Assembly: GCA_002269645.1 (NCBI GenBank)
Contig: NIVC01000032.1
Location: forward strand, 1,302,001-1,366,000
Direction: 5' to 3'
DNA: 64,000 nucleotides
From: Macrostomum lignano
Lineage: Eukaryota
The notes beneath the pieces are model-generated. The model searched no databases. It was not told the origin of the DNA and saw only the letters and a list, made by a program, of their open reading frames with translations. This document shows, in pieces, positions 13,951-26,063 of this stretch. The position numbers and the translations under genes were made by a program. Each line of letters opens with the position of its first letter. The first letter of the stretch is position 1.

Positions 13951-16900
13951 TGAGAGTCCGAGTTTGGACAATGCCAGTGAGTTTTTTCAAATAGGGAAAA
14001 CAAGATATCCGGTAATTGAAATGCATTGTAGAGGATTTGGAGATGATTTGGAAGATGGGATTCGAGTCATAGAATTTCAGCTGATGGGAGTTCTTCCCCT
14101 TCAGAATTCCGGTGATGGGAGTTCTTCCCCTTTCTCCTCCAGAGGAGGAGTTCCACTCGTCTCGTCTCTTCTTCTTCTTAATACTAAAGTTGGTGCGTTG
14201 TTTGTCTGTGTGTGTGTGTGTTTGTTGGATAACTCCTCCTAGAATATCTTAATACTAAAACTGGTGCGTTGTTTGTCTGTGTGTGTGTGTGTTTGTTGGA
14301 TAACTCCTCCTAGAATACTTGCAAGTCAGCGTTGAAACTTATGTGGGAAAACTGCAAATTTTCCGAGGATGGCTTTAGGCTATTTTAATCTTTTATTTTT
14401 ACATTTTAAGATCCCTAAAAAAGCAGAAAACGGCAATTCTGACCTTTGATAATCTTAATTGTACCCTTTTTCTGCTCGGAGCTGAAAATTTGCATGAATT
14501 TTGAGTGATTACGCCACAACTTTTTCCTATGTCGCCAGTGCATTTTCTCTCCTGTGGGGGAATGGGCGCGTTCTCATTGGCGGCGTGTGTACAATTGGAC
14601 CCTGGCTCACTGGCTGACTTTATAGACAATTGCGCAACTATTTGTGTTCTGTTTTTTAACAGGAATCCCTGTGTAATTTTTGCACAGTGAAATTCAGTGC
14701 ATTTTAATGCATAAACTTGCGAGCATCTTTAGCAGGCAGTGAACGTACACTCGATATTTCAATGCTTAAAATCAGAAAGTTTCAAACACTAACTGTTGCT
14801 CGAGTTTTGAACTTAGAGAGGATAGACTTATATTGCTGGAAAGATCTTGCTGCGATGAGTTCGGGGATATAAGTTTTTTGCTTTAAATATGAAAATTAAA
14901 TTCACAGCATTCAAGAAAAGATTTTCATACTTTTAGCTTTCTGCAAAGATTTTGCTCATTTTGGAGTTCAATGGGGGTTCGACCGACACCCCCCCCCAAT
15001 AGTTAGTAGGGGGGGGGTTCAATTTCTAGCTGCACTGCGTATTGGAAGGGGGTCGGTTGCTGTGTATTGGAGGGCTGATTTAGATTGCGCAATCTTTTTG
15101 TTAACTTTAACCGACGCTGATACTGACTGCCTGAGAAATAAGTTGCGCAATTTAATTGGTTCAATGTTTTTACGGCGCCTTTCAACACGCAGCTGTGTGT
15201 AGCTCTAACCCTAACCCTAACCCTAACCAATGAATTCTGAGAGCTGGGCTGTTTGACGGAGAAATTTCGATTTAGTCCAGTTTCACGGAGAGGATTTCTA
15301 TTTCGCGGAGAATATTTCGATGGTGTTCAGTTTCACGGAGAGGATTTCGATAGTGTTCAGTTTCACGGAGACGATTTCTGTTGCGCGGAGAGGTGTTGGA
15401 AAATGGGATTCCGCTGATGGAGTTCAGGGAATGGAATTCCGCTGATTGGAGTTCTTCCCCTTTCTTCTCCGAAGGAGGAGTTGGCCTCGTCTTAATACTA
15501 AAACTGGTGCGATGTTTGTTTGTGTGTTGCAATTTTTCTCCTAAACTACTGGCAAGTCAGCGTTGAAACTTATATGGGAAAACTGCAAATTTTCCGGATT
15601 GGGTTTATAGCTATTTTAATCTTTCATTTTTACATTTTAAGATCCCTAAAAAAGCAGAAAACTGTTTTTTAACCCTCAATAACCTTCTTTGGCCACTCTG
15701 CCTGGGGCTGCAGCCAGTTTGTAAAAATAGCCACCCCAACCTCCGCCCGCGGGCCGCCGTGTATTGAGGGGTGGTGGGTGCGCGTGTTCCGCGTTCAATG
15801 CAAATAACCCCCCCCCCGCGTGTTGGGGGGTTCAATTAAATTTAACGATTCCCCCGGAATGGGGGGTTGGGCTTGGGCTGAGTGTACATAGCAGTTATAC
15901 AGTGTAAGGAGATAGCTAGGATTGTGTCGAGATTTAATTGGTTTTATTATCGGCGCCATTCAATAGGCAGCCATGTGTATTTGCTGGGCAGTAAAATTTA
16001 ATGAATAAACTTGCGAGCCTCTTTAGCAGGCTGTGAATGTACACTCGATACTTCAATGCTTTAAATCAGGAAATTTCAAGCGCTAACTGTTCCTCGAGTT
16101 TTAAACTTTCAGAGGAGAGACTTATATTACTGGAAAGATCTTGCAATACTGAGTTCGGGGATATAAGTTGTTTGCTTTAAATGTGAAAACAAAAAGCACA
16201 GCATTTAAAAAACGATTTCCATACTTTTAACTTTCGGCAGTGTACTCATTTTGGAGTTCAATGGGGGTTCGACCAACCCCCAACAGTTGGTGGGAGGGGG
16301 GGTTCAACTTTTAATTGCCACTGCGTATTGGAAGGGGGTCAGTCGCTGTGTATTGGAGGGTTGATTTAGTTTGCGCAATCTTTTTGTTAACTTTTACCAA
16401 GACTGATACTGACTGACTGTGAAATCGGTTGCGCATTCAATTAATTCAATTAGTTCAACACGCTGCTGCGTTGTAGCTCTAACCCTAACCCTAACCCTAA
16501 CCCTAACCACTAAATCCTGAGAGTTGATTCTTTTTTACGGAGAAAATTTCGATTCAGTCCAGTTTAATGGAGAGAATTTCTGTTTCGCGGAGACGATTTT
16601 GATGAATGTCAGTTTCACGGAGAGGATTTCCATGGAGTCCAGTTTCACGGAGAGGATTTCTGTTTCTCGGAGGGGATTTTGATGAATGTCAGTTTCACGG
16701 AGAGGATTTCCATGGAGTCCAGTTTCACGGAGAGGATTTCTATTTCTCGGAGGGGATTTTGATGAATGTCAGTTTCACGGAGAGGTGTTTGATGGAGTTC
16801 TCTTTTACGGAGAAGATTTCGATGATGTTCAGTTTCGCGGAGAGGAGTTGGATGATGGGATTCAGGGAATGGCATTTCAGGGAATGGAGTACCGGTGATG

Positions 16901-18158
16901 GGAATTCTTCCCCTTTCTCCTCCAGAGGAGGAGTTGGCCTCGTATCTTAATACTAAAACTGGTGCGTTGTTTGTCTGTGTGTGTGTGTGTTTGTTGGATA
17001 ACTCCTCCTAGAATACTTGCAAGTCAGCGTTGAAACTTATGTGGGAAAACTGCAAATTTTCCGAGGATGGCTTTAGGCTGTTTTAATCTTTTATTTTTAC
17101 ATTTTAAGATCCCTAAAAAAGCAGAAAACGGCAATTCTGACCTTTGATAATCTTAATTGTACCCTCTTTCTGCTCGGAGCTGAAAATTTGCATGAATTTT
17201 GAGTGATTACGCCACAACTTTTTCCTATGTCGCCAGTGCATTTACTCTCCAGTGGGGGATGGGGCGTTCTAAGTGGCTGCATGCGTACAATTGGACCCTG
17301 GCTCACCGGCAATTGCTACGGATCGATATTAGTCAACTGCAATTTGGCTTAATTGATGAATTTCGTGGGGTGGTGGGTGTGAAGCGCAACGATATGGCTA
17401 CTGGGTCGAGATTCAATTGGTTTTATTATCAGCGCCTTTCATTAGGAAACCCTGTGTTGAACTGTGAAATTCAATGAATAAACTTGCGAGCCTCTCAGTG
17501 GAAAAGGCAGTGAATGTACGCACAAAAATTCAATGCTTTAAACTGGGAAGTTTTAAACGCAAAGTGTTCCTCAACTTTTAAAATTTGAGAGGAGAGACTT
17601 ATATTGCTGGAAAGATCTTGCAACGCTGGTTTCAAAGATGTAAGTTGTTTGCTTTAAAAATGAAAACTTAAAGCACAGCATTCAGAAAACGATAACCATG
17701 CTTTTAACTTTCTGCAAAGATTGTACTCATTTTTGCGATACGTAATAGATAAAGTTGAGGAGTTCAATTTCTTACTGCCGCTCTGCATTGGAGGGGGTCG
17801 GTCGCTGTGTATTGGAGGGTTTATTAAGATTGCGTAACCTTATTTTTAACTTTCAGATAAAATTGGGGGATTGCGTTCGCACATTTAAGCCAGCTATCAT
17901 TTGGAGTAATTTCAGTATTTGAGGAGTCGGGGGGGGGGGGTGGAGGCTCAAGTTATTTTTTTGACTAAAATCACGTACACTGGGCCTTTACTTACACTGA
18001 ACTCTTACTTAATAGCGCGAAATTCCAATTCAGTTACATTTCCTTCGATATCAGAATAGAATTTGTCTAATATTCCGATTGAGCTATTTCCTTATTTTTT
18101 TGTCATTTGCTTTTTGCTTTTTTGCCCATTTGCTATTCCCTATTTGCTTACTATAATA

Positions 18159-21100
18159 ATGCCAAAACGTGGTCGAGGAAGCCTTTCCCGCTCTACACGC
18201 GCTGCATCGGATGCCAAGAAGCGCAGGGCGTCGGAGACACCCGATGAGCGTGCAGCGCGCGTTGAGCGGGAGCGGCAGCATAGGGCCGAGAGAGCCGAGG
18301 GCGAAGTGGAGCGCCAGAATCGCCTCGAGTCCAATCGAATGCGCACAGCCGGAAGCCGTGAGGCCGAAGGCGAAGTGCAGCGCCAGCATCGCCTTGAGTG
18401 CAATCGACTGCGCACAGCCGGAAGCCGTGAGGCCGAAGGCGAAGTGCAGCGCCAGCATCGCCTTGAGTGCAATCGACTCCGCTTAGCTGAAAGCCGGGAT
18501 GCTGAAGGCGAGGTGGAACGCCAGAATCGGCTCGACCACGACCGGCTGCGTGCTGTCGAAAGCCGTGAAGCCGAGGAGGAGGCAGTCCATCTGCATCGCC
18601 TGGAGGCGCAGCGGCAGCGCCAGGTCCAGTATCGCGCGGCTGAGTCCGCTGAGGACCACGACCGCCGTGTACACGCACAGGCAGAGTGGCGCCGAGACAG
18701 GTAGGGTTCCTATATAAAATTTTATTCTGCTATTCTTATGTGTGGTAGCTCATAATCTGAGACTATTAAATTTTCTGCATGTGGATCTGGATTTTCAAGA
18801 ATTCCTGATTAAAATACTCTATTTCATTACCACAGGCTGCTGGAGCTGGCACACCAGCCACATGTTCTCGGTCGCATGGACCGCCAATGCCCTCACTGCA
18901 GCGCGCTACGCTGGACGGACGAGCCAGCTAGCATTTGCTGCCATGCTGGAAAGGTGAGTTGATATTTATTGTTTTAGTTTACTTGAATTGCTGCCTCATT
19001 TATGCCTCCTGTACTGTATCAAGCCTCTGACCACCTATGGAGTCATCGACAATTGCATGATTTGCTGCAGCCCGTCTCCGCATAAAAGCTACTTCAGTTT
19101 TTTTTCTAACACTGACAGACCGTCCTGGAGCAGCGCCGAGACCCGCCTGATGTTCTGAAGCGGCTGCTGACTGGCGAGCATCCGTTCAGCGCGCAGTTCC
19201 TGAAGGACATCAGGAAGTATAACGGCGCGCTCCATATGACCTCGCTTGGTTCCAGGCAGCGTGAACAGCCCGGGTGGAACCCCAGCTTCATCCTCCATGG
19301 TCAGATGCACCATCGGATCGGCAGCCTGTTGCCGGACCCAGGGGATGCGGCCAGGTTCTGCCAGGTCTTCTTTGTGGACCAAGAGCTGCAGAACAGACTG
19401 CAATGGACAGCAGGTCTCAACGACACTTTGCTGCAGGAGCTGCAAGCTGTTCTGCATGATTGCAACAGCTACGTGCGCAGCCTGAAGTCCGCAGTCGACT
19501 TGCTGCGCAGCGACCCGCAGCTGCAGAGCGCCAGGGTCGTCATCAACCCCGATGCCCGCCCATCTGGGGAGCATGTCCGACGCTTCAACTTGCCCGAGTG
19601 CAGTGAGGTCGGCATCCTGACGGACCTTGGCGATGCTGATGGCGTAGTTCAGGCGCAATGGCGGAGCGTGGTTTTGCGTCTGAGAGGTGGTGGTAAGTAC
19701 TTTAAGCGTCTTAAAAGACTTAAAATTTGGGTTGCATTGTAAAGTTAGATAATAAAATAAACGTTTTGGGTTATTCAGGTGTACATTTTGGTTGCTTTTG
19801 AACTGTAGTTTAGAATTAAATTACCCAACTGCATCCACAGGCCTCCAGGAGATCTCTGAGACCCATCGCTCCTACGATCCGTTGGAGTACGTGCTGCTGC
19901 TTCCGTACGGCGAGGACGGCTGGCACATTGGGCTCAAGAAGGATCGAGGCATCACCATGATGAAATACTACGCCTACTTGATCCAGGTGCGACCAGGCCA
20001 GTTCAACAGCCTGCTGTACGGTCGCCGGCTCTTCCAGCAGTTCCTGGTGGACCAGGCTGCCAAGATCGAGTCCGAGCGACTTACGTACATCCGGCAGCAC
20101 CAAACGGATCTGGTGTCCGAAAGTCTTCGGGGTCTCCGCGATGCGCTGCACGAGGACGACGGCAGGCCGGAAGAAGTCGGGAAGCGTGTCATTCTTACTT
20201 CCAGCTACGTGGGAGGTCCACGGTACCGTCTGGAGCGTCAGCAGGATGCCATGGCGTATGTTCACGCCTTTGGCCGCCCAGACCTGTTTCTGACGATGAC
20301 ATGCAACCCGAAGTGGCCGGAAATTCTGGCCGAGCTGCTTCCAGGGCAGACTGCCGTCGATCGGCCGGACATCACCGCCCGGGTGTTCGAGCTGAAGAAG
20401 AAGGCCTTCTTAAACAGGCTTAAGAGTCTGTTTGGAGATACTCTGGCTCGAGTCTGCTCGCTGGAGTACCAGAAGCGAGGCAAGTGTACTTTTAAGCTTT
20501 AAACTGTAGCATTAACTGTTGGCTCCATAACTTCGTAAATTTCAATAAAATTATTGATGATCAATTATCAATAAATTTTATCCACAACCAGGTCTTCCCC
20601 ACGTGCACGCGCTGCTGTGGCTGGCGAACAAGCTGAAGCCGGATCAGTACGACGCCGTCATCAGCGCGGAGATCCCGGACCCTGTCGCCGACGCCGACCT
20701 GCATCAGCTGGTGGCGGAGAACATGCTGCACGGTCCCTGTGGGCAGCAGCTCAACTCTGCCGCGGCGTGCATGGAGAAAGGCAAGTGCAGCAAGCGCTAC
20801 CCGAGGGAGTTCCTGGCCGCCACGAAGGTGGAGGAGGATGGCTACCCGCATTACTGCCGCAGATCCGTCGAGATGGGCGGCTTCACGGTGACGAAGCTCG
20901 CAAAGCTGCGTGGCGGTCAGAGGGTGATGTTCACCTTTGACAACCGCTGGGTGGTGCCGTACTGCCCAGCGCTGCTGCGCGAGTTTCGCTGTCACCTGAA
21001 TGTCGAGATCTGCGCGACAGTTCGGGCCATCAAGTACGTGGTGAAGTACATCACCAAGGGTAGCGACATGGCAGCATACCAGATCCGTAAGGAGTCGGCG

Positions 21101-23858
21101 GCTGCTGCGAATGCCAGCGCTGATTCGGCCACTGAAGGACCACTGGCGATCGCCGGTCCGTCCACGTCGACTGGGACTGCTGCTGCTGCTGCTGCGACTT
21201 CCGCAAAGCGACACAAGATCGATGAGATCGACGAATACCTACTGGGCAGGTTCATCGGTCCAATGGAGGCGGTCAACACCATCCTGGGCTTTGAGGTTCA
21301 CAGCCGATACCCCCCTGTGATCAGGCTCGCGGTTCATCTTAAGGACGAGCAGCGGGTCTTCTTCACAGACGAGACGGCTCAGGCTGTTGCTGCTACGCCC
21401 AAGGCCACGACTTTGACCGCCTTCTTCGATGTGAGTTTTGCAGAAAAAGTGCAATTTTTCAACTTTTTCCTCCTTCCTGTTAATTCCTGTTCTTATTCTT
21501 ACCCGCCCAGCTTTGTCGCCATGACGATATCGCCCGAGGGCTGCTGTACCAGGAGGTGCCCCGGCACTTCACCTGGGACAGAAGTGCGCACCAGTGGCAT
21601 CGCGCAGGTCGCGGCCGAGTCGCTGCTGATCAGCCAGCCGATGTTCTGACGACCAGCAACATCGGCCGCATCTACACAGTCAGTCCACGGATGGGCGACT
21701 GTTTTTACCTGCGCCTGCTGCTGGTGAATGTGCGCGGCCCGACTTCGTTCGAGGCTCTGCGCACTGTCGATGGAGTCCTGCTGCCGACCTTCAAGGCCGC
21801 CTGCCAGGCTCGCGGACTGCTGGAAGACGACAGGCACTGGCAGCTGTGTCTGTCCGAAGCTGCCCAGACGCGGATGCCTGCTGCTCTGCGCCGACTTTTT
21901 GCCGCAATTTTGGCGCACGGCGATCCAAGCGACCCCGTGAAGCTCTGGGAGGAGTTTTCCCGCGAGATGGCTGGCGACCTGCTGCACCAGGGCTTGAGCG
22001 CCGAGGCTGCTATGGCCGAAGTGCTGCGGTCGCTGCAGAAGCGGCTGGAGCGGATGGGCGGATCCGAGCTGTCTGCCTACGGCCTTCCTCAACCACTGGC
22101 AGAGCCGGATCAGGTAAATAAAATCACTTCTATGCACTGACTGTTAATTTTTTTTACCTTTATTTGCTAACTGATGACAGCCACTTTTCAATATCCAGAC
22201 TCGGCTTCTTTCTGACTGCCTGCCGACGCCCCATGAAGCTGCTGAGCTGCAGTCCGAAGTGGATGCGCTGGTCGCTACCCTGACTGACGAGCAGCGAGCT
22301 GTCTTCGAGGCCGTGCAGTCCAATCTGACGGCCGGTGGCGGCGGGCTGCATTTCATTGACGCTCCTGGAGGCACAGGCAAGACGTTCCTGCTCACACTTC
22401 TGCTGAAGTCGGTTCGAGCAAGACGTCAAATCGCTGTTGCCGTCGCGTCATCGGGCATCGCGGCGACTATTCTACCCGGAGGTCGGACCGCCCACTCGAT
22501 GTGAGTTTTGTGTCCGCATAAATATTTTTATAAACTGTTAGTTTTTAAGCACAGAAAGTCATCCCTTATTTATCATCACAATTGACCATCCTCGCGATAC
22601 CTGCCTACAGGTTCAAGATCCCCGTCTGCGCTGTACGGCAGGACAGCGCCTTCTGCTCCATCGGCAGGCGGAGCAAATTGGCGGAGATTCTGCGGAACGC
22701 CCGCCTCATCGTGTGGGACGAGGCTCCGATGACGCACCGCAAAGACCTCGAGATCGTCGAGCGGACTCTGCGGGATTTGCTGCACGGTGGGCAGCCGTTC
22801 GGGGGAGCGCTGCTGGTGCTGGCTGGCGACTTTCGGCAGTTGCTTGCTGTTGTGCCCGGAGGGACGCAGGCCAACACGATCGAAGCCTGCCTGAATCGGT
22901 CGGTGCTGTGGCCGCACTTCCGGCAGCACCAGCTCACAAGGAATCTGCGGCTGGAGGGCGGCTCGGCTCTCCAAAGCTACGCGGATTTTCTTATGCAGGT
23001 GAGAATCTCTGGAGTTTCTATGCTCTCATTAAGCATGCGAATTGAAGGAAAAAATTGTAAAATTTCATTCCACTTTTTCACCGTCAGGTTGGCAACGGGG
23101 AGCTGCCAGAGGACGTTGAGGGCATGGTCTCCTTGCCTAGCGAGATCCTTCTGCCCGAGGACACAACCACTGAGCAGCTCATCCGGCACGTTTACCCGTC
23201 CTTTGAGCCGAGTGCGCAGCGTGACCAGATGTTCGCGGAGCGGAGCATCCTGGCGCCACTCAACAGGACGGTGGACGAGGCCAACGCCGCCTGCTTAGCG
23301 CTCTTCCCCGGTGAGAGCCGACTCTACTTATCTGTCGACTCGATTCCGAATGACGACACGGCAGCGACCAATTTTCCGCCGGAGCTGCTGAACCGGCTGG
23401 ACCCCAGCGGTATGTCGCATCACCGACTGGAGCTGAAGGTCGGCATGCCGGTCGTCATGATGCGGAATCTCGACCCACCGCTGCTGTGCAACGGGACTCG
23501 GCTGCTGCTGCGTGAACTGCGTGACAACGTCCTGCTAGCGGAGGTAACCACTGGCGTCTACCGTTCGCGGCAGGTGTTCATCCCGCGGATCCCGCAGGAG
23601 CCGAGTCCGACAGAGGTTCCGTTCGTTTTCCGCCGTCTGCAGTTCCCGATCCGGCCGTGCTTCGCCATGACCATCCACAAGAGCCAGGGCCAGTCGCTGG
23701 GCACCTACGCCGTCGACCTGACGACGGCTTGCTTTCAGCATGGCCAGCTCTACGTGGCTCTGAGTCGTGCGCGGAGTGCCGATGGCGTCAAAGTTCGGGC
23801 TCCAGGCGGACGGACGCGGAACATCGTGCTGCGCCAGCTTATCGGCAAGCAGAACTAA
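18159..23858 (+). CDS. Helitron Rep/Helicase (HUH Y2 endonuclease + PIF1-family SF1B helicase), 9 exons, 1591 aa
   Basis: Exons 18159-18700, 18836-18953, 19119-19692, 19841-20479, 20592-21430, 21511-22113, 22199-22500, 22611-22998 and 23088-23858 total 4776 nt, in frame with no internal stops. Motifs: Zn finger CPHC...CCHAGK; Rep FLTMTCNPKWPEI, EYQKRGLPHVH and YVVKYITKG; helicase DAPGGTGKTF, GGRTAHS, LIVWDEAPM, GDFRQL, TIHKSQGQSL and HGQLYVALSRA. Confidence 0.93.
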
Positions 23859-23924
23859 CTATTATCTGAACTGAACTGAACTGAATCATAGGCAGGATGA
23901 AAGAAATATATAGGTTTGAGTGAC

Positions 23925-24600
23925 AGATTATAAGAGTGAGTGGCAAATTATGATAGCGAGTGACAAATAATGAGAGTGAGTGCCAAATAATGAGAGTGAG
24001 TGACAAATTATGATAGCGAGTGACAAATTATGAGAGTGAGTGACAAAGTATGAAAGGGAGTTACAAATTTGAGAGCGATAATGCATATAAGAGTTCCAAA
24101 TTATGAGAGTAAGTGAGTGAAAAATGATGAGAGGTAGTGACAAATTGTGGCAAAGTGTGGCAAATTATGAGAGTAACGAATTCGAGAGCGATAATACTTA
24201 TGAGAGTGCCAAATTATGAGAGTGATTGAGTGAAAAAGGATGAGGGAGTTACAAATTTTATGAGTGAGTGAGTGAAAAATGACGAGGGAGTGACAAATTA
24301 TCAGAGTGAAAAATTATAAGATTGATAAATTATGAGTGACAAACTATGAGAGTGACAAATTATGAGTGAAAAGTTGAGAGTTGAAAATTATGTGAGTGAT
24401 AAATTATGAGAGTGCCTAATTAAGAGTTTTGCAAATAATGAGAGTAACAAATTTGAGAGCGATAATACTTATGAGAGTGCCGAATTGAGAGTGTGACAAG
24501 TTATAAGAGTGAAAAATATGAGAGTGACAAATTATGAAAGTCAAAAATCAAAATCATGAGAGTGATGAATTATAAGAGTGACGAATTATGAGTGATAATT
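23925..24600. repeat. Degenerate ~16-bp minisatellite (ATGAGAGTGACAAATT) just downstream of the RepHel stop codon
   Basis: Many imperfect tandem copies are visible. Confidence 0.85.
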
Positions 24601-26037
24601 TTGTAACATGAATAATAAACTACTGGCAAAACTGTTCCACTTACAGAGCTGCTGAATGAATTACAGATATAATATTTTAGTATAAGGGGATGCTTCTAAG
24701 AAAGCTCGGGCTCCTACCAATTTAGATCCAATTGCTGTATTTATTTTTCAGAATATTTTCGACGTACAAAGTATCCATACGTAATTATTTATATTAAACA
24801 TTCTATTTCGTTCTGCATAATTTTCACTCAATTTTAAATCCTATTTTTTAAGTTAAAGATGATCGCGCTCAAATGCTATAAAGTAGGTTCCCAGTGTAGC
24901 TCTTAGATCGCCTCCTAAATACTTATTTAGATTTTCAATCAAGTCTAAAAAACAACTCTAGAAAACAACCTTGATAATTATTTGCCCTTTTCTCTTCCCA
25001 TTTCTCTCCACCTGTGCTTGCATCCCTATATTGTAATGCATTGCTTAAAACAAATATATGCCATACTGTACTCGGGGTGCGCAGGATTCAGAATACAAAC
25101 AAGGCTGTCAATCATAGGCTATTAGTAACATGTATAAGTAATGGAAAGGCATAAAATTCACATGAATTTAAACTTAACAAGTACTTAGCCAAAGAGACTA
25201 TCCCATTTATTCGATCGTTTCCTGCGTACCCCCCAATAATGTCTTTGAATTAGTTTTTATATTCAACAGAGGTGAAGGAATTCGAGTAGGGGTATTCAGC
25301 TAGCTGTGAAAGGAACGCAGCAACATAAGTACTTGAAGAAGTCAAGAAGTTGTAATTCAGTGCAGCTATACAAAGTAGTTTTGGTACTTTTTCCACCATT
25401 CTCACTAAGATGTACAGTCCTGCATGACTGCTATAGCTGACGGGCAGCCAATCAGTTTTTCGCACATTTAACTGCCTTACAATGAATTGGCAGAGAATGA
25501 GTAGCCAACCAGCTGTTACAGAGTGATTCATTCAATTAATGATTTGCGCAAAGTGGCGGTCTATCACAGACTTTAGATTATCACAATTTTAGACTGACTG
25601 TGAACTCTAAGCTCTTAATAGAGAATGCCATAGCAGAACATTTAAGCTGCAATCGCACCCTAACGCTGACTCATATTCCTAAAGTTTGATTTGCATCAAT
25701 TTCAGTTGACAGTGAGCACTTGAATTTTACAGCTTTATTATCGGTGCCTTTCAAAAGGCAGCCCTGTGTATTAGCTGCGCAGTGAAATTCAAGAGGTGGG
25801 GGGTCAAATGCCGCGGTGCATTGGAGGGGGTGGGTCGCTGTGTATTGGAGGGTTGATTTACATAGATTGCGCAACTATAATGTTCACTTAATTGAGACTG
25901 ATACTGACTGCCTGAGAAATAGTTATGTCAATGTCAAAGCTGCTTCGTGTGACTTTTACTGAAACTGAGTTGGGTTATGGGATTCAGCTGATGGAGATCA
26001 CTTAATGGAATTCCGGTGATAGGAGTTCTTCCCCTTT

Positions 26038-26063
26038 CTCCTCCAGCGGAGGAGTTGGCCTCG
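26038..26063 (+). terminator. Helitron 3' rolling-circle termination signal: CTCCTCC-AGC-GGAGGAG hairpin + 9 nt ending CTCG
   Basis: A 7-bp GC-rich stem lies 9 nt before the end. An equivalent structure closes all 12 units. Confidence 0.75.

Larger units (their letters stand above)
7151..16942 (+). repeat. Five non-autonomous Helitron units upstream of the coding element (7151-9515, 9516-11838, 11839-14159, 14160-15489, 15490-16942)
   Basis: Shared order: 5' end, AT-rich body with a ~350-bp submodule, (CTAACC)n tract, ~30-bp CAGTTTCACGGAGAGGATTTC minisatellite, optional GA-rich block, then GGGAGTTCTTCCCC plus the terminal hairpin. Confidence 0.8.
16945..26063 (+). mobile_element. Putatively autonomous Helitron (~9.1 kb)
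   Basis: 5' A|TCTTAATACTAAAAC at 16945, an intact spliced RepHel gene inside, and a 3' hairpin at 26038-26054 followed by CTCG|T at 26063. Confidence 0.85.

Noticed and set aside
13113-14026. Ser/Leu-rich ORFs (also 31.7-32.8 kb, 35.2-36.6 kb and 55.4-56.4 kb)
   Set aside because: They arise from stop-poor GA/CT low-complexity DNA and show no domain features.
18063-23858. Reading the Rep/helicase ORF pieces as a frameshifted pseudogene or a prokaryotic operon
   Set aside because: Every break coincides with an AT-rich segment bounded by splice signals, and splicing restores one continuous frame.
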